Below are positions 37,811 through 49,978 of a stretch of 64,000 nt of DNA, in pieces (positions within the stretch are counted from its first letter, which is position 1; the number at the start of each line of letters is the position of its first letter). Made by a program: the position numbers and the translations under genes. The notes under the pieces are model-generated. The model was given only the letters and a program-made list of their open reading frames with translations, did no database searches and was not told where the DNA came from. Origin of the DNA: Kudoa neothunni (taxonomy: Eukaryota > Animalia > Cnidaria); the NCBI GenBank assembly GCA_964304625.1, contig OZ199838.1, positions 15,490,929-15,554,928 of the forward strand, given 5' to 3'.

Positions 37811-40800
37811 TTAGGAATCGAAGATAGGATTTTGAGAGGGAGAACTATCATGAGACATTCCCTCATCAGCTGACACCATTTCATCAGTGCTTACATCTTT
37901 GTTGATATCTAGGCGGTCCATTTGATCGACAACCTCACTCATTCGTTCACTTTTGGGAGCATTACATTGTTCCAGCGCCTTGTGGAATTGCTCAAACAAA
38001 TGGGGAAATTTTGATGGCGAAGCGAGAGAGGCTGCATATTTATCGTTCAAAATGGCCACTTGGTCTTTCCATTGCTCGAAATATGACTCAAATAGTTGAG
38101 GATCGTATGTATGTGCAAAAAGAGCGGCTTCAGGGAACTTTCGAGATTGAGCCAATATCTGCACACATTCAGCAACACTACAGCCAGCCAAAAATTAACA
38201 CAAAATTATTTACTCCATATAGAATGGAAAAATTCGATTCTAATACTTTCCAAGAATGTGGTTGGCAAGGAACGAAACATTATAAAGTCGTTGTTCAAGA
38301 GTTATTGAGGCAACTTTTCGAATAGTTCCAGCGTCTCGCATGCAATAGCACAAGAAAATCAAGGTGGCAAAATCCTCAGCTTTCAACAAACTTTCTCTCG
38401 CAATGTCAAAGCGTCCGATTTTTATCGAATGGGTCGCCAACTTTTTCCAAATTTCTCTATCCTATACATACACACATACATACACACATACATACTTACA
38501 TACATACATCCATGCATACATGCATACATGCATACATCCATGCATACATACATACATACGTACACATAAACATACGCATTACAATAAAAAATAATTAATA
38601 ATAAAATTAATATTTTGAACAAGGTAAATGAAATTAGGAGAGAAAGAATTAAATTAGTGAAACTACTTCGAGAAGATGTGCCAACTGAAGTGACTGTTCA
38701 AATTCCTTCAACTTCAATGCCAAAGAGAATTTTTGATAGTTGTCAGTGGCGACAGATAATGCTTCACGATAATAGCCCCTGGTTTGTAAGAATTGGGCGA
38801 TTCTTGAACAATGTTCCTCTGGAATTTCACTCAACAATCTATAAACCAATTCTGTGTCTTGCACATTACCAGAGAGAATGAGTGTTTGAAAGTGAAGCAC
38901 AGATATATTCAACTTGTAGCAGATTATATCAAAAGACTTATCGCCCAAATAGATCCTGTCTTCATTTGGCACATAGTTCAAAATAAAATATGGTTTCTCC
39001 ATATGAGCAACCACAACGACTTCACTACCAATAGCGTAGCACAACTTGTTCACTATAGTCAACATGAAAACATTTAGATCGACAAAAATAATGGAGAGAA
39101 TAACGATAATAATAAATGATTACATTTGTTCACAAACAGGAAACAATCTCCAACCCAAATACCAGATGAGATGGAGCTATCATACTCTTCAACAAGGTCA
39201 AAGGCCCCTTCGATACCATCGTCGATCGTAACACACTCACCAACATCACCATTCATTGAATGAATTTGTTGGAGAGTATGATCAACTTGATCCACATTAT
39301 ATTTCAACACATAGAACGAATGTTCGCTGGCCAACGCACATAAATTTCCACCACTATTCCAATAAACCTGAACAAGGTAGAATTTAACGCCCAACCAAGA
39401 AAAGAAAATACATTGTAGGGAGTGATTTCCACTCGATGGATAAGATCTAGATTGGTCCAATTATAGAAATAGACCTCGGATTTGGTTCCTACGCCCAAAA
39501 GATATCCTCCATAGAGTTCTAGAAAGACTTAATTGTCAAGTAACAAACAATTATAACACACCCCCAGGATAGTATTTAAGTTTTAATTTTTTCTCAACTC
39601 GGAAATTTCTATATAGATTGAGAGTTTCGCTTTCGGTCACTGCGAATCTAAATAACAAAATTTCACAATTCTATTCAATATACATAATAATTTGATAGAG
39701 TTAATTCACAGTGATAAAATAATATAAAAAACTAATAAACCGTAAAATTACGAAGAAGAATCTGAAGACCAACAAAAGGAATCTGATTTGCCAAAAACTT
39801 TGCTTCTTAGCGCGAGTGCAGTGTACACTGTGAATTCGAAACTTCCGATCACAGCGACATACCTAATATCATTCAATTAAAAACATATCGTAGGGATTGC
39901 GCAAATTATTCAAATTACTTTCCATTAGGACTATGCAGTAGTTTGTTGGGGAAAATTTCGCATGTGCCTAGTTCCTTAATGATTGGAGCTATGATCTCCC
40001 CGTCTTTAATATCAGCAGCTAAATAAAATAAATACACACAACACTTAAAAAATAAATCCTAACGAATAGCTAGATACTTTGCATGAGCTTGGTGTTGGCT
40101 TGGACAATCTCCGAATTTTTACAAAGTAACAATTTCCCATTAGAATCCATCGATATTTTTGGCAAATCCTCTCCCAACTAATCATCCACACTGAATCAGT
40201 TGAAATCCACCTCAAATATACCTGCACGAATATGGATCCTTCATCGAATGCAATAGCTAATCCATTAACTCCTTTACGTAAACTTAAATCCCACACTCTT
40301 CCAAGGCCATAGTTGAGCACATTTTCCAATTTGTATGTGATTGCATTCCAAATTCTAATAGTTCCTATATGTGAAGTGACGATTTATTGGAGAAACAAAA
40401 TAAAAAGTTGGACAGGTGTTACCATCTTCGGATCCAGTGAAAATAAGAGGGAGTTCTGGATGGAATTTCGTTGACATGACATTATCACCATGACCACATA
40501 AAGTTTGAATGCAGGCTTTAGTCTACCAAACAAGGTAAATATTAGTTGAAACAAAAATTAATTGAGATTCACATGATAATCCCAGATTTTAATCAGCCCA
40601 TCATCTCCACCACTGATCAAATATGGTTTATCGCCACTGAAACAATAATCCACACAATTGGAGCCCTATATTAAAATCATTGTAACTGGAAACGAATATT
40701 AAAAACAAAATTACATGACTGTGTCCTTCGATGGTAAGGTTAGCCTGATTATGTCCAATTTGCCATACCTAGAAAAATCACTTGAGTTAACACATTGATA

Positions 40801-43800
40801 AGTAATGTTGAAATTATCTATGTATCAATAAATAAAAACATGGTGGGTTTAATTTAAGATACTCAATTATTTAGATTGAAAAAATAATAAAATTAATTGA
40901 AAATTATTCGTTCTGAATACTATCTAAAAATAATTTAAGGTGTATTAATTTATTTCTGTAATATCATTAACAATGTCGATTTTATACATATTTTTATAAT
41001 TGTTTATAAAAATATGACGTAACATAGAATTTAATTATTTTTGATGAAAGAAAGAATTTCTTAACGTTATTAAACCAATAATGATTTTATCATTGTAATT
41101 AAAAACATGAATGAGAGAAAAATTAATATATGAGTTTAATCTGCAAATGCCCGACGAATAAAAATATTAAATATGTGTTGGATTCCCCTTGGAATTAGAA
41201 AGAACTGAAATATTTAAATTTCGAAATAAAGCTTTAAGTATATTAATATCTTGGAATTTTGGTAATCTAAAATGTAAAGTGTTGCATTATTGGATGAATG
41301 ATTATTTTCTCTATGTACACTAGGAAAACTGGTTATTTCGAATAACCTGGGAAAGAATGTTGGCATCATTTTGACTGTTAGCAACTCAAATGTTACATTG
41401 TTTAAACCTCGGTCACATGCATGGGGTGCAATGGATCCCACATGATTTCAATATGCAAATAACTATCGTTGTATTTTTTTGGTAACACTAAAATGAAAAT
41501 ATTCATGTTTTTTACGTTTTCTTCAAAATGAAAATGGGAAATGGACTTGAGAAAATTTTGAAAAGATGATTTCGATGACTGTAATGATGAAAAAAGCAAT
41601 GATTCAAGCTCTGATGTATCATCAAAAAATAATAAAATAAACAAATATTTCTTAAATAAAGGGTTTAGATGATAGCGAACATTTGTTATACTCCAAAAAG
41701 TTTGAACGGAGCTCAAAGCCAGTGGGATTATTTTCAAGAAATGAGAAAACACGACATTATAACGGATAAACAGGGAGTAAAAATTCCTGATGATGTGGAA
41801 ACAGACTCTCAAATTTGGAGTTTGTTTATCACTGAGAATATATTAACTGAAATATTGCAATGTACCAATTACTACCTTCGAAATGTCCAACCAAATTACA
41901 AACGATCGCGAGATTGTATGGCATTTGATATGTGTGAATTAAAAGCTTGCATTGGTTTGCACTATTTTCTTGGCGCAAAGAAAGCTAATCTTACTCATTT
42001 GAATGAATTATGGGCAGATGACGACTTTGGTTTTCCAATTTGCAAAAAAATATTCAACCAGAATAGATTTTCCTTGTTAAAAAGATGTCTACGTTTTGCA
42101 ACCGGTTCAAGTAATTCAAATGAAAATAATCAAGATAGAATGTCAAAAATAGGAGATATTTTTAATCAAATAAATTCTAGTATCATCAAATATTATATAC
42201 CCACCGAATATTTGACGATCGATGAAATGCTTGGATCATTCCGGGGTCGCTGTATTTCAAAGAAGTATATGCCTTCTAAGCCAGCGAAACATGGGATTAA
42301 GATTTTTAACCTGTGTGATTCGAAAACTTTTTACACCCTTAATCTTGAATTTTACCTAAGAAACCAGAATAGCGCCCCATATAAAGTTGACAACTCACCC
42401 CATATTTTAGTGATGCGCCTGATTCAACCAATTCTGGGCTCAGGAAAACACATCACTGTTGACAACTGGTTTATATCAGTTCCATTGTTTCAGGAATCAT
42501 TAATGAATGGAACAACTGCTTGTGGTACCATTAGAAAAAAAAAGAAAGAAATACCTCCTGAATCTCTGGCTTCAAAAACCCATGAACAATACTCATCCTC
42601 TTTTACATTTACGAAATATCTAACGTTTGTGTCTTATGTCCCTAAAAGATACAAAGCCGATACACTGTGGAGTTTGTTTCACCACAGGTCAACCGTTGAT
42701 TTGAACCATCATAAAAAGCTGCCAGATATCGTCTCTTTTTACAATTCAACAAAGGATGTAGGAGTTGATACAATAGAACAAATGTGTGGGGACTACCCTA
42801 CTTATCGAATTACAAGAATACACTTCTCGATATTGTAGCAATAAATGCATATGTTATATATTGCATGAAGGTCGATAAAATTATTCGTCGGAAGGAGTTT
42901 TTGAAGTCGTTGAGTATGCAATTAATAGAGCCTCAGTTTAATAAATTGATAATTTTTTTGAACTTAAATTTAGTAGAAATCCAAAAACCTGCCAGTATGG
43001 AACCAAAAAGCTCTCTGGTTGACAGCGGAAGATGCTATTTATGCACCTGTCTACACGATAAAAAAAACAAGAACAAGTGGTCAGACATGCTCAAAATTTG
43101 TCAGCAAAATGCAATTAAATATCAATTGCATAAACTGTCAATAAAAAAACATTTTCAGAGTTCAGTCCGAAGAAAACCCAAAACTATTTAACGATATAAA
43201 TGCAGCGACTTTTGAGGCCACAGAAAATACATATCTATTCTTCACCAACTGATAATTGAATAAATTTCTTATAAAAAGCATACATTTTTTGAAATAAAAT
43301 AAAACCAAAACAAACATCATCATGAAATTAAAATAGATAAAGGAGGAATTATTTTAATACGTATAGAACTATTAAATATTTGATTATAAAATAACCATCA
43401 AAATTTTTGTTTTTTCGCATAAATTATATTTAAAGTTGCACAATTTTTGGAATAATCCAATTTTCAGAAAATAGTTAATTTATGTATACAATTAAGACTT
43501 AACTAACTTACATTAATTATCCAATCACCACTCAACAACAACAACAACAATAATAATCATCAATACATACCTTTATAAATTTATCAAGACACGCACTCGC
43601 AAAGATGTTATGATCTTTTGGGTTGAAACACACTGCCATAATGTAATGTTGATGTCCTTCAAAAGTACGAATGCATTGCCAATTTTTCTCCCAATCCCAC
43701 AACTTGATTACCATATCGTCTACAAAAATCAACTCTATCCACAATTTATCACCAATACAAATTCACCTCCAGCAGACAATACATAAGGAAGGTTGGGATT

Positions 43801-44322
43801 AACCGCGAGTGTACGTATATAGTCTGAATGTGCTTCAAAGGAGTGTACCTTTAAGTATTTTGTGAATTGAGTTGTTTGGTTGAGAAAACCATAGTCACAC
43901 AAATAGCACTAATACCTTTTCCATTGTGTTATAATTATACACTTGGATCTGTAGGTCATCACACCCAGTAATAAACCAGCATTTTCTAGCGACAAATCTC
44001 ACCGCTCGTACTACACCAACAAACTCACACCCAAATACACCCTGAATTAACTTATTACCTGGCATAACACTTATATTGAATGTTTTTAAAAGTGTTTCGG
44101 TGGCAAAATTCCAAATATTAACTGTACCATTGTACAAACTCACAATATACCAGCTCTCAGTTGGATGTACATCCACGGATTTAGCTCGATTTGAGGGTGC
44201 AGTGATTTTTTTCTAAAATCAGTTTCAAGATATTCATTAGTTTTCTAGCTTTACTTTAAAATCAAGCCTAAACGACTACAACAATATGAGTTATATTATC
44301 GCTAAATTAACCAACTTACCAT
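37811..44322 (-). CDS. COPB2: Coatomer subunit beta' (beta'-COP), multi-exon
   Basis: M|SFRLDFK|[21 protein letters not shown]; WD40 repeats ([52 protein letters not shown]); [33 protein letters not shown]. First coding exon is ATG only. Confidence 0.96.
38462..38580. repeat. (CATA)n degenerate microsatellite in a COPB2 intron
   Basis: Tandem CATA/CACA/CATG units. Confidence 0.9.
41406..43191 (+). mobile_element. piggyBac transposase relic, antisense inside the 2.8-kb COPB2 intron (40769-43570)
   Basis: 389-aa ORF with [34 protein letters not shown] and GVDTIEQM, then a frameshifted C-terminus with GRCYLC. Degenerate left end TTAA|ACCTCGG..TGGGGTGCAATGGATCCCA; right end not found. Confidence 0.88.
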
Positions 44323-44551
44323 TTCCTGAAGTTTAACGACGCACGCATAGAGTTTGGTGTTAAATATTGGTGACTGATTGATTGGTCAGCATGTATTAAA
44401 TTCGGTTATTTGTTGGAGATTATTTTGTTTATATGTATTTTTTAATGTGACTTTGGTGTGATGTGGTTTTTAAGGAGTGAAATTGTTGGCGAGTGCGTGC
44501 GCATTACACGTTGTCATTTATAAATTTGTGATTTTTAGCTTCTGCTTATTA
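44323..44551. promoter_or_regulatory. Bidirectional promoter region COPB2/PDCD2 with CCAAT boxes
   Basis: 229 bp between divergent ATGs; ATTGG motifs (TGATTGG) at ~44366-44386. Confidence 0.55.
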
Positions 44552-45784
44552 ATGTCGAGAATTATTTTGGGTTTCGCTGATAAAGTGGAAAATGCAGATT
44601 TTGATTTTATCCAAACAATGCCATCAAAAATCGGAGGTCAGCCGAAATGGCTCACTTTATCAAATGTGCCCACTAGTGAGTCTGTTGTTTGCGTAAAATG
44701 TGAAAATGCGATGCCATTGCTACTTCAAATATATGCCCCTCTTGATTCATATGGTCATGCGTATCACAGAATGATTTATGTGTTCTGTTGCAGAAATGCT
44801 GGTTGTCATAAGGCTCATAATTCTATTCCTTTCAAAGTGCTTCGAACAAACACCCATAATTTTAATTTGGATGTGGATGAATCTATAAAGGATCCCATAA
44901 AGTGCGAATTTTCTGGAGTTGAAAATTTAAAAAAACGGTTTTCTTATAGGATAGAACAACTATTGTTAAAAACGAATAATGTTGACCTGTGTGTTACATG
45001 CGGAGTCAAAGTGAAAATGGGAGAAACTTTTTGCTGCAAGAGACATGGAATTATTCAAAAATTATTAAATGAAACTAAAAATAAACATCAACCAGCTTTA
45101 TTCTCGTTCCCTCTGTATGAAATTGTTACCGAAGAGTTGGATCCCAATATGAAATCCAAGAACAAACAAAATAAATACTCATTGGAAAAAAAACTTTTAG
45201 CCGAATATGAAAAGGTTTGACTATAATAAGAAGATGGTTAATCGATCGTATTTATGTTTATTTTTATGATTAGAAAGGCCCCTTAGTGGATGACAACGAT
45301 GATGAATTAGACAAAGTGGCGGAAAGTTTGCTTGATGATAACCACAAATTCCATGAGAAAACCTTCGAACACTTTAGAGACTCTATGAGTGATTATCCAG
45401 ACCAGGTTTGTTCGATCCAATTTTGAATTTGATATAATTGTTATGTAGATTCTACGATATGCGATAAATGGCACGCCATTGTTAGCTTCAAGTCGTCCAC
45501 TTCCAATTCTACCTGCTTGTAAAAACTGTAATGCACCTCTTCAATTTGAATTTCAGGTTGGTTGACGTGATTGATTGGTGTCAATATTTTAATTCGGTTT
45601 TCAGATTATGCCTCAACTTATCAATTACTTATACCCTGAATCTATTCTCTCCGCCAATTCAAAATTCCAACCTGATGATTTCCTCGAATGGGGCACTTTG
45701 CTAATTTACACTTGCTCAAAAAGTTGCCTCTCTCCTAATCAATCCTATGTAGAAGAATGTCTAGTCAAACAAGATTATGATTAA
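44552..45784 (+). CDS. PDCD2: Programmed cell death protein 2 (PDCD2/Tsr4 family), 4 exons
   Basis: IILGF..PSKIGGQPKWL..CVKC..LLLQIYAPLD..YHRMIYVFCC; C-terminal domain PDQ|ILRY..CKNCNAPLQFEFQ|IMPQLINYL..EWGTLLIYTCSKSC..YVEE. Confidence 0.93.
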
Positions 45785-47728
45785 CTGATTGTTTTTATTT
45801 GATAGTGTAGTTAGGTTGTTTTCATTTATTTATTGTCTAAATGAATAGTTCGATTCGTTGCCTTTTTTAATTAATCTTCGTAAATTTAGCGTTTATTGGG
45901 GATGTATAAAAATGAAGTGTAAATTTTTTAAAGATTTTTTTGATTAATTTCATAAAATAATTAATATATAATTATTATAATATTTTATATATAACATTGT
46001 TTAATATAAATTTGAATTATTGATATTTATGATTAATTTAGCCACTTTTATTTTACTTGGTCTTATTATAATTTATTAATATTTGACTTTATTTGATTGA
46101 TTAATTAATTAATTTGGCGATTAAATAAATAATAAATAAGGTTTTTACGCTTTTTTATTTAATTGGGAATGTTTTAAGTTATTAACATTATCCACATGCG
46201 GGAATAGAAAACTATTTATATTAGATTGTGTTGGATTAAAATTGAATAATATTTTTAAAATAATCGTATTTTATCGTAATGAGAAATGAATATTTATGAT
46301 ATTTAATCTTATAAAAGCATTGATGTATTGAACACAAGATTTTTATTCAGCAAGTATACATTAAAAATATTACATTAAATCTTAAAATATTAATAATTCA
46401 ATTTTTAGTAAATGGATATTTAATATAATAATATAGTATTATCGTATTTTTCCTTCGCAATTGGCGGATCATCGCCAAATTATTAATACTTTCCTTCATT
46501 ATTTAAAACAGAAAACTAATTACATCCAGATTTGTAAATTAATTTATCTATTATATAATTTATTTCTCCAAAATATATCTATTTTATAGTGTTTTACAGA
46601 TTTCTGAATGTTTTAAAGGTAATAAATTCGCATACATCATTTTTGATTCAATTTGAGCAGTGTATAACGCAGAAAAATATAACAATGATTCACACGCCTT
46701 AGAAAGTAAATGTGCAAAATGACCATATGATTGTACAGATAAGTCAAGGGGAATCGTGAAAAATAATACATGAGGTGGATAGATTAAGAAACTGTAAAAT
46801 TGGAATAATCTGGAGTTTAGATGAACCCATAATTTTTAAATCATTAATTCTGAAGCAATTCATTGACTTTTAGACAGAAAATATTTTTGATTAAGAGTGA
46901 TACGTGATAATTTTTATACCTTTTTTCAAAGGGACTTTACAGTTAGTGAACATGAATGAACGAGATTTTCGTAAAGTTAACTTAAAAGTTAAACTGGTAT
47001 TAGTATCTTGGTATATATTTTAATTGATAGAGCTGAGTTTTTATCAGAAAGCACTGTTTATTCATACGGATGATAATATGTAATTAATTATTAATTTTTA
47101 CATTTACAAAATATATTTACAAAATATATTTGCATGGTATATTTAGCCCATTTATAGATTTATTTAGAGTAATTTAATTAGAAATAGTTTTTGTTTGGCC
47201 ACCTATATTAAATTTTTTGTGTGAATAACAAATATTTTATGATTTTAATTGAAATTGGAAATTATAATTTATATTTATGTAGTTCTAATTGGTTGTATTG
47301 CAATATAAATTACGAAAAGTGTATTTTTGACATATTTATTAATAGGTTCAATTAAATTTTTAAATATTAATTAAATTAGGAATGAATTATTTTAATGAAA
47401 GATTTCTTCGTAAACGTGTATATTAATTTTTCAATATTATTTTTTTAAAATGAAATAATAGAAATAATAATAAGACAAATTATTTAATGTGTTTTAAATT
47501 ATTAGTTCTATTCTTTAATTTTATCAATTGACAAATAAAATTAAGAAGCAAGATAATGATATTACTTTTTGTAGTGACTACTCGCATTCGTTAGATCAAT
47601 TACAATAAATTTGTGCCGAACGCCACATATATCATTTGATTTGCATAAAAAAACTCATATAGTAAACTAGTTGAATTTTTTTGAAAATTAAAATATTTTA
47701 ATTATCAAATTAAAAAACGAAGACAAAT

Positions 47729-49978
47729 TTATTTCTTTGACAAGACCAAGAAAACGATTCCACAAACAAGTAATGCCATTAAGGCCGCACCAACAATCAG
47801 TCTATAATGTCATTAGAACTGCTTGAAAATAAAAAATATTACAGGACTTTTGTTCCACCAACATTAGCACTAAATTAAAATTCATAATAGATATATTAAT
47901 CGAAGAAATAACTCTTACCCGTCTGATGTGCCTAAAAAGAATTACAATAATTATCTAGTTAATAGATCTTTTACCTTGTTTGGCAGTTTCTGGAGAGATT
48001 GAGTTTCCATCCCCTCCAATTTTTGCATCTCCGAGATACACTACGGTCGGCTCGCTAATGTATCTTGCCTGTACTTTCATTGAGCCCTGTTTGTAGGAGG
48101 CAGCGTTGTAAAATGTTATTTTTTGGTTGCATTTCCCTTCCCATCCCGTAGTTTGATCAAATAATCCATAGGTGTATTTAATTGCTCCATCTACTATTTC
48201 AGCAAATGTTATATCGCATATTTGGTCCGGATCCATTTCGGCCATGGTGGCTGTCACAATCAAGTCAGTGTTATTCCATGTGTGGGTAACATTAATTTTT
48301 TGTAGACTTTCAACTTAATTAACTTTATTTGAGAATTTTTATTTTTAATTACTTGTCGATACTGTTATCATATTTGCATCCAGGTCACTAATGTATTTAC
48401 CAAATAAATATTTGAATTTATATTCGGTATCAGGCAAAAGGCTTTTAATAGTGAGCGGTTGACCACATAAACCTGAACAGTCAACAGATTCCTCGCATTC
48501 AGATGGACTAAATTCAGTTTCGCCCTTCATTTTCTGTTTTATTTTACAATATACATCATTAAATAGAGGTGCGTTTGGTGCTATGGTCACTTTTACGTGC
48601 TCATAATAAGCTTTAATCTCTGGCTTTTGTGTTATGCTGTAGTCAGCTTAATTCAATTTTAGATTTTTTAATTTTTATTTTTTACCTGTTTTGAAAAGCT
48701 TCTCTGCACTATATGATACGCTTGGAGTGGTTTGAGTATACGTCACGTTTACAATATATTTTGTGTTTGGTTCGAGGCCGTGAATAGTAGCGTCAGTGCA
48801 ACCAGTCGGGCATCCTGCTGTCATATCAGCATTGCATTTGACGTCAAGTTTAATCTTAGGGAATTCCTGTTTTCTCAATTCAATAGCGCAAGTTGGGGTG
48901 GTTAAACTATCATTAAGCGCGGCAATAGAAAGGATTGCGCTAGTTTCTTTTGGGGCTACTCCGAGGTTACTTTTATCAACTATTTAGCCTATAAATAAAA
49001 TCATTTACATAAAAATAATTACTTCTTAAAGTTTTCTCTACTCCTTCATAGTTTCTTGTTGATACTTTAATGTTGAAATCTTTTTTGCTGGTATCAAAAT
49101 TTAGTTCCATTACAGCATCAGTGCAGAGTTGATAACATTTATCGCTAACATCCGGAACAGAGCAATTTGAAGAATAATTTTGATCACTCTTTTCTTTAAT
49201 TTCAAATTTGCATATTTCATCCCTCATATCCTCATCAAAAATAATATTTATTTTATTTTCTGCAGCTTTGGTAATATAATAAGGAAGTTTATCTAATGGA
49301 TTGAACTTCATCCATTCATTATTTTCTCGATGCATGTGTATTTTTGGTCGGTTGACTCCACAAGAAAGTTCGACTGATTCACCCATTAAATCGTATAATC
49401 CAGTTAGGTAATTTTCAGCGTTGCATTCAGTATTATAAGCAGGCGTGAACTGATCGATGACTTTTTCCCCGCTTGTTAATCTACAAGTTTGAGGGTGACT
49501 GCAGACATTTTTGGTGGTGAATACAATGGAGGTTGCATTTAACGAAAAATGAGTTTCAGATGTATTACCAGTAACTAATTGGATATCATTTAAATTTTCT
49601 TAATAAGAAATTACTATGGACTATCTTTAGGGTTTCAGTTGCGAATTTGGACTTTATTTGAACGTAATAGACTGGGAAAGCAGTTCCTGTTGAAATGGTA
49701 TATTTTCCAAAACAAGAAACGTCTTTAAGTTTTTCCTCTTCAAATTCACCATCAATATAATGATAGAAAAATTCGTTTTTTTCCAAAAATTTTATGTCGC
49801 ATTTAATTCCTGAAACTCCTTCAAGTTGTAGATGGATTTTATCTTCTTGATTAATTGGATCCCTTTCAACATAGTACTTGTGCGAGTGGGCTAAATAAAT
49901 ATATAAGAGATAATCCATCATCCGGCCAACCGTACCATTGTAGCAGAGAGAAAGGATCAGCAAACTAGTGAACAACAT
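47729..49978 (-). CDS. Unrecognised surface protein A: signal peptide, ~6 Cys-rich FN3-like modules, C-terminal hydrophobic anchor; 9 exons
   Basis: Spliced ORF MLFTSLLILSLCYNA...; modules with IHGLEPNTKYIVNV and KSLLPDTEYKF; phase-1 introns between modules; micro-exons of 13 and 27 nt; ends LLIVGAALMALLVCGIVFLVLSKK*. Confidence 0.8.

Noticed and set aside
24609-38881. Antisense or short ORFs from the track (e.g. 24609, 26745, 28188, 34575, 38011, 38364, 38615)
   Set aside because: Shadows of real genes, microsatellite translations or AT-rich noise, with no motifs or splice support.
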